Below, piece by piece: positions 20,025-29,355 of a stretch of DNA of 64,000 nucleotides; the first letter of the stretch is position 1; the number at the start of each line of letters is the position of its first letter. The stretch covers positions 7,298 through 71,297 of the forward strand of contig JABISL010000042.1 in NCBI GenBank assembly GCA_018700055.1, in the 5' to 3' direction. Position numbers and translations under genes: made by a program. The DNA comes from a bacterium. GTDB lineage: Bacteria; Margulisbacteria; Marinamargulisbacteria; UBA817; JABISL01. The notes under the pieces are model-generated. The model made no database searches, was not told the DNA's origin, and worked only from the letters and a program-made list of their open reading frames with translations.

Positions 20025-21902
20025 CTATTCAGCCAACTCAACATCATAAAGAATGTCGTCTAATTCATGTCTGTATAGCGGCATGTTGAGTCGTTTTTCA
20101 TCAAGGACATGGCCGATGAATCCAATGGTTCGTCCCAGAACGAAGAATGCATTTAGAGCGCCAGAGTCGATGAGTTGCTCAATTTCTTTGTCCGAATAAT
20201 TAAGGTTTTTCCACATGTCGACTAAAAGAACGCCCACTGCGCCATCTACGTTTAAGATGAGGTTGGGTTTCTTAGATGTCGTTACCTTTTCTACCTCAAG
20301 GGCAAAGTTTAGTGTAAGGGTATCTGGGAAATTGTCCTTAGCGAATTTTTTCAAGCTTTCCACTCGTAAGTCAGGATTTTTGGTGGATTTAATTCGATGT
20401 CCAATCCCAGGAATGGCGAGGCCTTCTTGTTTCATGTAATCCACAAATGCATGTGGGGACATATTCTCGTCTTTGCCATGTTTGAAGTGTTTCGCTGCAC
20501 CATCAATAGCACCACCAAAACGTGGTCCAATGGTTAGGATTCCACTTACTAGTGAGGAAATGAGGTCTTTTCCTGCTCTAGCAGTTACACGCGCATTGTG
20601 TGCACCACTAACAGCTGGACCATGATCGGCAACCGTTTTGATTACTGTTTCGATGAAGTCGCTGGCCCATTTTGGGTAGCGTTTTTTGAACCAAAGGAGT
20701 GCTAAGACATCCCCAATGCTGAACCCAGTATCAGGTGTGGCTACTGAGCTAATAGGGAATCCGGCATAAACCGCTTCTTCGCCACGATCATCGGAGATCG
20801 TACAAATAAAGTTGGTTTGTTTTCTGATTTTGCCACTTTTCTTAGCTGCGGTATAGTCTTCAGGGATTTCAGGAAGTTGCTCGTCTGTTGTGACTGCGTC
20901 AGTTTCTGATTTAGTTGTTTTTGTAGTCACGTCTTCTGAAATTTGATCTTTGATTTGATTATAAACTTCATTAATGAGCTTAGGGAGCTCATTGAATGTG
21001 TCTGGTACTTGAATGCCAGCGTTCCGCATCGCTTTGTTTTTGGCTACAGCGGTTTCAGAGTTGCTGTTAGCTTTGGCCCCAGCGTGTCCGAACTGAACCT
21101 CAGAAGCAAAGTGTGCCGCAACAGTCCCAAGGCTCCATCCGATAATGGGCTTGGTGATTTCGCCGTTCTTAACTGCTTCGATCACATCATACTCATCGGT
21201 ACCACCAACTTCACCCAATAGGATGATATAGCGGACTTTGTCGTTTTTCTCCATCATACGGATGTAATCGATAAATGTGGAGCCTGGGTAACGATCGCCA
21301 CCTACAGCCACGCCTTCGGCCAATCCGTTAGCGTTGATGGATACTATATTAGCTAGCTCATTGAACAATCCGCCGGATCGCGTCACGAGTCCTGCAGATC
21401 CTGGGCGGTGTAGTTTGGTTTTTACAATGTTATCCATTGTTCCACCAATATTTGCGATTTTGAATGAGCCAGGTGTGATGGCTCCAACAGATGACGGTCC
21501 AATTAATAGTTTGCCGGCTTCTTTTGCTTTGATAACCATCGTTCGTGCCAAGCGTTCTGGGATTCCTTCAGCAGTAACCATAATGGTTTTGAGTGATTTG
21601 TATTTAAGTGAATCCATTGTGACATCATAAGCGGTTCTAAATGATGCGAAGTTTAAGAATACATCGGCTTCAGGGAAACGACGAACCGCCTCTTCAGTTG
21701 TTTTTACAACGGGAATAACGACTTCTCTCGGGCCAAAAAAGAACTTTTGGACAGAGGTTTGAGTTGTTGGGTGAACAATCGCTGCGACAGAAGGTGTTTC
21801 TCTACGACAGATATAACCGTAGTCCAACATTTGTTGAATGGCTTTGGTGTTGTTGTTCCAGAATATAGCTTGGGTATCGTTTGTAAATAATTGTGCTGTC
21901 AT
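20025..21902 (-). CDS. aclA: ATP-citrate lyase large subunit (CoA-binding/SucD-like plus citrate-synthase-like domains)
   Basis: 625 aa; phosphohistidine loop QFGHAGA, C-terminal GHRIKS citrate synthase-type motif. Confidence 0.8.
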   Translation of the reverse strand: MTAQLFTNDTQAIFWNNNTKAIQQMLDYGYICRRETPSVAAIVHPTTQTSVQKFFFGPREVVIPVVKTTEEAVRRFPEADVFLNFASFRTAYDVTMDSLKYKSLKTIMVTAEGIPERLARTMVIKAKEAGKLLIGPSSVGAITPGSFKIANIGGTMDNIVKTKLHRPGSAGLVTRSGGLFNELANIVSINANGLAEGVAVGGDRYPGSTFIDYIRMMEKNDKVRYIILLGEVGGTDEYDVIEAVKNGEITKPIIGWSLGTVAAHFASEVQFGHAGAKANSNSETAVAKNKAMRNAGIQVPDTFNELPKLINEVYNQIKDQISEDVTTKTTKSETDAVTTDEQLPEIPEDYTAAKKSGKIRKQTNFICTISDDRGEEAVYAGFPISSVATPDTGFSIGDVLALLWFKKRYPKWASDFIETVIKTVADHGPAVSGAHNARVTARAGKDLISSLVSGILTIGPRFGGAIDGAAKHFKHGKDENMSPHAFVDYMKQEGLAIPGIGHRIKSTKNPDLRVESLKKFAKDNFPDTLTLNFALEVEKVTTSKKPNLILNVDGAVGVLLVDMWKNLNYSDKEIEQLIDSGALNAFFVLGRTIGFIGHVLDEKRLNMPLYRHELDDILYDVELAE

Positions 21903-21911
21903 TGGAATCTC

Positions 21912-23225
21912 CTAGTTATGAGTGTCTTCGTACGAAATACGAACAATGTCAGTAATATGGGTTTCTGGACCGTAGACTTCGATAGGTAAACCGAGTTTTT
22001 TTCGGGCTGCGTTACGAATGTTTTTTAGACCAATCTCGTAGTTAGGACCGCCCCGACGGACATAGATTTTGACGCCTATGGATTTGAGCTTGTCGGCATG
22101 TTCTTCAAAAGCTTTGATAATGCCATTGAAGGTCTTCGCTACATCTGTGAAGTTGGCGATAGCACCGCCAATAAGGAGTACTTTGTCTCGTCCCTGAGGG
22201 TCTTTTTCACGTGTCATCAAATCAATGACTGTGCTGGCATATTGATAAGTCTCTTGCATGCTTGGGTTTCCAGAGTACTCGCCATAGTTAGCTAGCTCTT
22301 TAACGTCCCATGTATCTGCAATGGTATCTGCATAAACCACTGAAGCACCGCCACCCGCTACAAGTGTCCATACTTGACCTTTGGGATTAAGAATCGTGAG
22401 TTTGAGACTAGCACCTGATTTTTCATCGATTTGTTTGATTAGTTTTTCTTCAGGGGTTTGGGCGTCTCGTCCAAATGAATTGGGGAACTCCAATTGGCCC
22501 CATTTCTCATGCATTAAGAATCCAGCTGTATCATCTACTTTGCCAACTAAGTCGAGAAGGTGAACAGTTTGGTTACGAATAATAAATGGGTTGATTTCTA
22601 GATAAGTGAAATGCAAGTCGCGGAAGAAACGGTACAGTCCCGAGATAAAAGTAACGAGGTTATCGTGGTTATCTACTGTATTTGGAAGTCCGTTTGTAAT
22701 CTGTGCGTTTATTTTTTTGTCGGAATCGCCAAGAGGGATTTTTATACTTGTTACGCTGTCCCAGTTTTCTTCAATCTCAACGCCACCTTGTGTAGAGAAG
22801 TGAATTACATCATGGTCGTTTTCTGCTTGTATTGCGACGTAGTATTCTTCCGAAGCTTCGTGAGCCACAAAGGGCTCTACAACGAAATATCGGAGTCGTC
22901 CGGTGTTGCCGTCATGAAGCGTAATGTCTTGCTTGGCTTTTTCGTCAATCCAGTTCGCGGCGGCATCTAACGTGACGTCTCCCGGCTTGGACTGCTTGTA
23001 GAATACTAAGTCGTTTTTACCACGTTTGCCAAAAAGCATGTCGGGTTTGGCGACAAGTGCGGTGTCTTTTAGCCATGACTGATCGTCACTAGCTGTTTGT
23101 AAATCGGTTCCGTTTGTTACTAATACGGATTGAGTAGCGGATTGAAGTGTATCTCCAAAATAGCTATCCCAATGGGTTGTTAAAAGTGCTTTTGCGTCTG
23201 CTTCGCGTATGCCTAGTTGTGCCAT
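21912..23225 (-). CDS. aclB: ATP-citrate lyase small subunit (ATP-grasp, SucC-like)
   Basis: 437 aa; long collinear similarity to the N-terminal third of eukaryotic ACLY (SGASLKLT.LNPKG..WT.VAGGGASVVY.DTI...LANYGEYSG.PS...TY.Y....LMTREK....IGG.IANFT.VA.TF.GI). Confidence 0.8.
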   Translation of the reverse strand: MAQLGIREADAKALLTTHWDSYFGDTLQSATQSVLVTNGTDLQTASDDQSWLKDTALVAKPDMLFGKRGKNDLVFYKQSKPGDVTLDAAANWIDEKAKQDITLHDGNTGRLRYFVVEPFVAHEASEEYYVAIQAENDHDVIHFSTQGGVEIEENWDSVTSIKIPLGDSDKKINAQITNGLPNTVDNHDNLVTFISGLYRFFRDLHFTYLEINPFIIRNQTVHLLDLVGKVDDTAGFLMHEKWGQLEFPNSFGRDAQTPEEKLIKQIDEKSGASLKLTILNPKGQVWTLVAGGGASVVYADTIADTWDVKELANYGEYSGNPSMQETYQYASTVIDLMTREKDPQGRDKVLLIGGAIANFTDVAKTFNGIIKAFEEHADKLKSIGVKIYVRRGGPNYEIGLKNIRNAARKKLGLPIEVYGPETHITDIVRISYEDTHN

Positions 23226-23286
23226 GAGTGACCTTCCTTTTTTGAAGAGTAATTGAAGGGGCTATGGTAGCACGAAAGGGACTAAT

Positions 23287-24249
23287 TTACACCCAATCTC
23301 GGGGATTTTGGAGAACCTCTACAAGATCCGCTTCGGGGGACCCTGGTTCGGGGTGATGATCATACTGCCATTGCACATGAGCTGGGAGTGACATAAGGAT
23401 GCTTTCGATTCGTCCGCCTGTTTGGAGTCCGAACTGAGTTCCTCGATCATAAACTAAATTGAATTCGACATAGCGACCCCGTCGTATTTCTTGCCATGTG
23501 CGTTCGGGCTGGTCATAGGCCATACGATGGCGTTTCTCAATAATTGGAGTATAGGCGTCTAGAAATGTATCGCCACAGTCTTTTACAAATGCAAAAATGT
23601 CTTCTTTAGAACGATCGTTTTGATAATCAAAAAAGAGTCCGCCGATGCCACGGGTTTCATTTCTGTGGGGGATAGTAAAATAAGTGTCGCACCATTTTTT
23701 GAACCGGACATAATAGTCAGGATCGTGCTTGTCACAGGCAGTCTTATGAACCATATGAAAATGTTTGGCATCTTCCTCGAAAAGGTAATGAGGTGTTAGA
23801 TCAGCACCTCCACCAAACCACCACATTTCTTGGCCATCAAATTGGATTTCGAAGTACCGATAGTTGGCATGTGTTGTTGGGGCATTAGGGTTTTTTGGAT
23901 GGATTACTAGGCTGAGTCCTGTCGCAAAAAAATGAACGTCCGAAGGGGATTCGGGTGCATCAACGCCTTGTTGAGAAATCATCTTTCGAAACATGGGCCA
24001 CTCGTTTTCTTTGACGGGGCCATAAACGACAGAGGTATTTACGCCCCCTTTCTCAAATGTAGCGCCATCTTGAATTACTTGAGTGACGCCGCCACCACCG
24101 TTTTGACGATCCCATCGATCAGCATGAAACTTGGTGTCCGTTTCAAATGATTCTAGTCCATGACAAATACGGGTTTGGAGTTCTTGTACCCAAAGAGCCA
24201 TGTCATATGCCATCGGGGAAAAGATATCATTTTTTTCGAGTGTAATCAT
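23287..24249 (-). CDS. hemF: Oxygen-dependent coproporphyrinogen III oxidase
   Basis: 320 aa; HemF family signatures (GGGADLTP, YVEFNLVYDRGT). Confidence 0.85.
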   Translation of the reverse strand: MITLEKNDIFSPMAYDMALWVQELQTRICHGLESFETDTKFHADRWDRQNGGGGVTQVIQDGATFEKGGVNTSVVYGPVKENEWPMFRKMISQQGVDAPESPSDVHFFATGLSLVIHPKNPNAPTTHANYRYFEIQFDGQEMWWFGGGADLTPHYLFEEDAKHFHMVHKTACDKHDPDYYVRFKKWCDTYFTIPHRNETRGIGGLFFDYQNDRSKEDIFAFVKDCGDTFLDAYTPIIEKRHRMAYDQPERTWQEIRRGRYVEFNLVYDRGTQFGLQTGGRIESILMSLPAHVQWQYDHHPEPGSPEADLVEVLQNPRDWV

Positions 24250-24317
24250 GAGGTAATTATAGCATGGGAGCTAGGGGAGGGTTAGGTTGATATATGAGCC
24301 TGTGGATAGGGTTGAGA

Positions 24318-25175
24318 TTAGGTTTTTATGGGTTTTGGGAGTTGTGAGAATAGCTTAGCAAGGGGGCCTTGTTCGGCTACATGGGAATTATGAAACTTTT
24401 GATAGCTAGGTCGACTGCGAATATCCATGATCGTATGTATTGATAAGGGTGATGTTTTCCAGACATTGTCAGCCACTAAAAAGTGTTCGCCTGCTTTTTT
24501 AAGCGCTTTGGTATCACCATTGGTTGTCGTTTCGTGGAGACCAACAGCGATAAAATAATTTGCCAGGTACAGTCTCTTTGGTTCTTGCGAGCCTTCATGG
24601 CGTTTTATGTGGTGTGTTAACAACTCTCTATAGAGGAGCATTCCTAGTCTTAAGCGGTCTAAAGGAACTTTTTTCCCTTTTTCAATAGGTGTACATAAGT
24701 CAAAAGCGACTTTTCCTATTTTGGCTTCTTTTTCCTCTTCTGAAAGGTTTGGGTCATTAGCAATGTCTGAAAGAGTGTTGAGTGCTAACCCCTGATCAGT
24801 TTCGGTGATCCACCCTTTTTGTAGCCATGGGTCTGATTGAAAAGGGTCTAATAAGGTTATTGAAATGAATTGGGCATTTAGATCAATATTATTTATATCG
24901 TCGCGTTGGGGGAGTGATTGGTGAACGTGTTTGGATACATTTTCAGATGATGGGAGTCCAGTCTCTGGGGTAACATTTTGGGCAATAACGTTGTTAGAAG
25001 GACAGGCATATCCAAGGACAGGGTATGGCTCGAATGCTTCGGGGGTTTTGCCTAGTTTGATGGCAGTACCGTTGCCGGTTATTGGTTGGGTAACAGGTTC
25101 TGCTGCACGGAGTTCACTATGTGAACTTGTACGTTGTTGATAACTACTGGGTGCTGCTGTGCCTAATCCGTCCAT
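24318..25175 (-). CDS. Hypothetical protein
   Basis: 285 aa, no recognizable domain or TM segment. Confidence 0.45.
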   Translation of the reverse strand: MDGLGTAAPSSYQQRTSSHSELRAAEPVTQPITGNGTAIKLGKTPEAFEPYPVLGYACPSNNVIAQNVTPETGLPSSENVSKHVHQSLPQRDDINNIDLNAQFISITLLDPFQSDPWLQKGWITETDQGLALNTLSDIANDPNLSEEEKEAKIGKVAFDLCTPIEKGKKVPLDRLRLGMLLYRELLTHHIKRHEGSQEPKRLYLANYFIAVGLHETTTNGDTKALKKAGEHFLVADNVWKTSPLSIHTIMDIRSRPSYQKFHNSHVAEQGPLAKLFSQLPKPIKT

Positions 25176-25273
25176 GTGATCCTCCTAAATAGAGCAGATG
25201 CTTTATTTTATAATAAAAGAGGGAGTGTCTCTCTATTATTATGAGATCTCTGGTTATTTTTCAAGCGTTTCTG

Positions 25274-26542
25274 TTAGCTTAAGAAATCTAGATTTGAATC
25301 AGAATCATCGGATTCTTTAACTGATTTGTGAGGCTCGCTATCGTGAAGAAAGCTTAAATCACTATCATCACTAAATTCCGATCCCGTCTCCGCCATTTCA
25401 AGATGTTTCAATTCCAAGCGTTTGTTTTCTTTTCGCTGTTCTTCTAGCCGGGATTCTTCTAATTGGAGCTTTCGTTGGGATGCGTTTTGATCATCTATAG
25501 TGAGATCGAAAACGGCCTCTCCCCCAACAGGGACTGCAATCGCGATTGCGGTTGGGCTTTTTTCGAACGCTTCACCGACTTGTTGTGCAAAAGGGATCGC
25601 GGGCTGATTATTTAGGACAGAGTCATAATAAGAATGTCCCACCATTAGTGCTCCCATATTATCTGTTAATGAATCGGCACTAACTTTTTGTGTGATTGGT
25701 TGTGACTCTTCGGTAGTTGATGCTTCTTTTTTGTCAAAAGAATGGACGAGGTTACCTGATATGTTATGGAAGTTGGCTGTCTCTGGCATATTGGCATCTA
25801 GAAAGAAGCTTTTTAGGTTTTTACTGTTCTTGAGATTGCTAAAGACAATCGCTTTTATATTCGGATCTTTTAAATTGATCTTAGAGACACTTAATAATCT
25901 GTTAAGAGAGGTGCTTTTGGCATAGATATCGGTTTGAATGGCCGTGTCTAATTTTGCAATTTTTCGTAATCTAGTAAGTCCGACTTCGGCATAGTTGTTA
26001 GCCCATTTGGCACTTGAGTCTATGATAGATCGGATGTGCGTTGCTGAGGTGCTATTGAGTTCAATTTCATAGTCCTTATCATTATTTAGGTCATTTCTAT
26101 CTCTTTGCGCTTTGTTGCGATATTGCCCCAGTTTTAAATTGTGAGAGTATTCTTCGTTATAAATATTCGAGGATTCACGTGCCATCATTTGTTGTAGTTC
26201 GCTTTGCACGGTTTTGATAATGCCATTTCGATCATTTGGGTTTAATCGTTGAATAGCAGGGTTTGTTTCGATGGCTTTCTCGACCATAGCGGCGCCTTTT
26301 TCAGCGATATGTTTCTGTGTATTGTCAGTGTTACTGGTATTGTTTGAGAAGTATAATAACGCTTGTTCACCTGCCGCTAAGTTAATAAAAGGAGTTTTAA
26401 CTTGTTGCCAGACACTGTCTGTGATTTGGCGTACAGGAGTATTTGAATTGGATGAAGGTCCTTCTCGTGTAGCGACTGGGGGGATCATTGAACCCTGTGG
26501 TCCTTGAAATGGCAAAATAAACGGTTGTGCGGCATTCATCAT
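25274..26542 (-). CDS. Hypothetical protein with coiled-coil and Asp/Ser-rich acidic C-terminal tail
   Basis: ORF from track (non-ATG first codon); start placed at the internal ATGATG (MMNAAQ) because AAGGGAG lies 7 nt upstream; C-terminus KLQLEESRLEEQRKENKRLELKHLE..SDDSDLSFLHDSEP..DDSDSNLDFLS. Confidence 0.45.
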   Translation of the reverse strand: MMNAAQPFILPFQGPQGSMIPPVATREGPSSNSNTPVRQITDSVWQQVKTPFINLAAGEQALLYFSNNTSNTDNTQKHIAEKGAAMVEKAIETNPAIQRLNPNDRNGIIKTVQSELQQMMARESSNIYNEEYSHNLKLGQYRNKAQRDRNDLNNDKDYEIELNSTSATHIRSIIDSSAKWANNYAEVGLTRLRKIAKLDTAIQTDIYAKSTSLNRLLSVSKINLKDPNIKAIVFSNLKNSKNLKSFFLDANMPETANFHNISGNLVHSFDKKEASTTEESQPITQKVSADSLTDNMGALMVGHSYYDSVLNNQPAIPFAQQVGEAFEKSPTAIAIAVPVGGEAVFDLTIDDQNASQRKLQLEESRLEEQRKENKRLELKHLEMAETGSEFSDDSDLSFLHDSEPHKSVKESDDSDSNLDFLS

Positions 26543-26742
26543 AAATATCTCCCTTTCTCGTGTGTGCATCACGTATTTGCCCAGTTTTTTTGGAATTAAA
26601 ACATGGATATATTGTGGTGAGTGCTAATGAGTCATTGATACTGTTGGATGAATTTCCAACGGGTATTGTCATCAAGGATTGGGAAAAAAGTAGCTACATT
26701 GATTATGTATCGGGACTTGGACTAGTTCGGGGGAATAAAAAA

Positions 26743-26768
26743 GCCCCCTTGCCGTTAGACAAGGGGGC
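26743..26768 (-). terminator. Strong GC hairpin (GCCCCCTTG..CAAGGGGGC) followed on the minus strand by TTTTTTATT, terminating the CpxP-like gene
   Basis: 9-bp perfect stem directly 3' of the 26798 stop. Confidence 0.7.
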
Positions 26769-26797
26769 TTTAAATAATCAGTTAGACGTTATCTTTT

Positions 26798-27316
26798 TTA
26801 CTTTTTGATGCTGCACTTAGCGCACTTTTTTTCGATGGTGCAAGAGCTACATTTTTTGTCTGCGTTTTTGTCAATGCTACAGCTATCACACTTCTTCTCG
26901 ATCGTGCATGATTTACATTTTTTCTTCATCGTATCAAATTTGGCCTGTTGTTCAGGTGTTAAGATGGCACGGATATCGGATTTTTTTAGTGATTTAATTA
27001 CCATGATTTCGTCATGAAAATCACTTTTTGCTTGTTTGTAAGCAGGAGTATGTTTTTCTAAAATAGTAGTGACTTGAACTTGTTGTTCAGGCGTTAGATT
27101 AAGTTTTTTGGTGAGGCGCTTAACCTTTTTTTCTTGATACTTGCTATGGCAATTGGATCCGGATTTGATTGGACAGCTTTTGCTATATCCGTTTCCACGG
27201 CTGCTACTACACTTTCCTAGGTCACAAGCCTTGCCGAGGCCGTATCCGACAACTAATAATACAACTGCAAATACAGCTAATGAGAGACGGTTTTCTTTGT
27301 TCTTGAATAATGACAT
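26798..27316 (-). CDS. Spy/CpxP-like periplasmic protein with C-terminal cysteine-rich tandem repeats
   Basis: 172 aa; N-terminal hydrophobic signal/anchor; two LTPEQQ motifs (LTxxQ family); C-terminus has 4 repeats of C-x-S/K-C-T/S-I-E/D-K-K. Confidence 0.5.
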   Translation of the reverse strand: MSLFKNKENRLSLAVFAVVLLVVGYGLGKACDLGKCSSSRGNGYSKSCPIKSGSNCHSKYQEKKVKRLTKKLNLTPEQQVQVTTILEKHTPAYKQAKSDFHDEIMVIKSLKKSDIRAILTPEQQAKFDTMKKKCKSCTIEKKCDSCSIDKNADKKCSSCTIEKKCAKCSIKK

Positions 27317-27495
27317 TAATAAGTTCCTTTGTATGACTAAGATGATAAAACAATATGATAATTATACTTCAGTTCATTGGAGAGTGGGGTTTGGTTACAA
27401 TTATATTTGTGTCCATCATATTTATATTACGGGCCAAAGCCCGAGCGCGCCGTTGGCGCTTAGCGGTTCAATCCGCCAATTCGGTCTTTTGGTAT

Positions 27496-27881
27496 TGGTG
27501 GAGGTGAGCGGAGTTGAACCGCTGTCCGAAAAAGCTCAAAAGTGAGCACTACGAGTGTAGTTCTTGATTAATTTAGTAATACTGGACCCCAAGAACAGGG
27601 TGTAGCACCACGAGATACCAAAAAGTTTCGCATAATGAACTGGTATCCCATCATTACACTATCCAGTAAATAACTCTTCTAACTATACTGGCGGACAGCT
27701 AGAGAGGCATCGTTGCTTAATTAAGCAGCGATTGAGTCGCTAAATGAACCGAAGTTCACATAGCTAACGTTAGAAGTAGTTTCTGCAGTTATGTTTTTTA
27801 TGCCTTTTTACGTGGCCTGGCATCTCCACGACTCGCGTTCAACTTCTAAGGAATCTTTCCCGTCGAAACCAAATCACCCCC
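27496..27881 (-). ncRNA. ssrA: tmRNA (transfer-messenger RNA), one-piece
   Basis: 5' GGGGGUGAUUUGGUUUCGACGGG acceptor/D analog; 3' tRNA-like GGUUCAACUCCGC..CCUCCACCA; internal ORF GCA GAA.. encodes tag AETTSNVSYVNFGSFSDSIAA then UAA; terminator-like hairpins downstream at about 27420-27480. Confidence 0.85.
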
Positions 27882-28082
27882 AAATGATGAAATAAATCGA
27901 AAAAATGCCTTGATCTTCGCCTTATTTCTATCATTTACCTGAGGCAAAGAAATACAAGAGAAGAAGAAAGAGATTCGTTATTTCAACTATTTGGTGTTTA
28001 AACCAAATTACCAATGATCAAATGCCGCAATGGGCAGGTTGATTATCGATGGGGTGGGCTATCAAGTCAAGTTGGCGGAAGG

Positions 28083-29339
28083 CTAGCTAGACTTGAATTG
28101 GCCCTTGTCATAGAGAAGTTTGATAACATCTTGTTCTGCAGAAGAGAGCTCGTAGTGACGTCGCTTCATCATCTCATGTGCCGTTTGAAAGAACTTATCA
28201 CTGTCATGTTTTTTGTATTGTTTAGCATTTCCCCAAGCGAAAGAAGGGACATATTTGGGATGAATTGTACTGCCAAAGATACTGGCCCCAAAGCCAATAA
28301 TAGACCCGGTGTTCAGTAGTGTACCGATTCCCATTTTGACATGGTCACCAACAATGGATCCGAAGAACTGTTGTTGGGTAGATGTTTTCTTTTCGCCGAT
28401 TTCGATACGAACGGGCTGGTAGTTGTTTTTGAGATTAGAATTGGTAGTCATTGCGCCCATGTTTACCCATTCTCCGATATAGGAGTGTCCAATAAAACCA
28501 TCATGGCCTTTGTTTGTATATCCAAGCATGATTGAGTTTTTGAATTCGCCACCTACCTTACAATGTGGTCCAATCGATGACGCAGAGATGCGTGCGCCAT
28601 TAATGCGGGTGTGCTTTCCAATGAATAAGGGTCCCTCAAGTCGTGAATGGGCTTCAATATGGACCCCATTTTCAATAAAGATAGGTCCCTTAGTAGCATT
28701 TAAGACAACGAAGTCTTCGATAACTGTATTCTTGTCAATGAATACATTGTTTTCATTATAAATAGAGGTTAGTGGTTGTAAGTCGCCCTTGATGATCCCT
28801 GGCTGATTAAACTTAACGAAGTCATCTCGGAGAACCGATTCGTTTAATGTTAAGAGGTCCCATAGCTTGGATACGATTTTGACCTGATCCAATTCTTTTG
28901 TAACACAGTTGCTTCGAAATGTTCTGATGATGTCTTCGTTAGATGGAATATCCGTTAATAAATTTTTCATGGCTTCCATTTGAGCGCTTCGTAAATAAAG
29001 CGCAATAACTTGGCCTTTATAGGTAAATAATAGATCATGGGAATTGGTATGATTTGTAAGGGTATCAAATAGAGGTTGATCCATGATGACGCGCCCATTC
29101 AAGAAAAGGCAGGGTGATCCCGTATTGATTCGGTTGACTGAGAGGTCTCTGTGTTTGTGTTTGACCAACGGCGTGAGGTAATCGCGGCAATGGATCGTTA
29201 AATTGGCATAATCGAAGTAGAAGCGAATTTTCTCAAGTATGGTGCTGATTCCCAATAGGAGATCATAGGCAGGACGCAATACAGTTAACGGGTGTAACTC
29301 TTGGTAGACGTCATCTTCGAATATACAAATGTTGATCAT
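28083..29339 (-). CDS. Nucleotidyltransferase-like protein with C-terminal left-handed beta-helix (hexapeptide repeat) domain
   Basis: 418 aa; C-terminal half made of imperfect hexapeptide repeats (IGKHTRINGARISASSIGPHCKVGG...); N-terminal domain lacks the canonical G-rich NTP loop; exact function unassigned. Confidence 0.55.
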   Translation of the reverse strand: MINICIFEDDVYQELHPLTVLRPAYDLLLGISTILEKIRFYFDYANLTIHCRDYLTPLVKHKHRDLSVNRINTGSPCLFLNGRVIMDQPLFDTLTNHTNSHDLLFTYKGQVIALYLRSAQMEAMKNLLTDIPSNEDIIRTFRSNCVTKELDQVKIVSKLWDLLTLNESVLRDDFVKFNQPGIIKGDLQPLTSIYNENNVFIDKNTVIEDFVVLNATKGPIFIENGVHIEAHSRLEGPLFIGKHTRINGARISASSIGPHCKVGGEFKNSIMLGYTNKGHDGFIGHSYIGEWVNMGAMTTNSNLKNNYQPVRIEIGEKKTSTQQQFFGSIVGDHVKMGIGTLLNTGSIIGFGASIFGSTIHPKYVPSFAWGNAKQYKKHDSDKFFQTAHEMMKRRHYELSSAEQDVIKLLYDKGQFKSS

Positions 29340-29355
29340 AGGTGGTGGATCCAGT

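Noticed and set aside
27141-27545. 134-aa plus-strand ORF
   Set aside because: Its 3' half overlaps the tRNA-like 3' domain of ssrA (tmRNA) on the opposite strand and the ssrA terminator hairpins. No RBS and no recognizable protein features.
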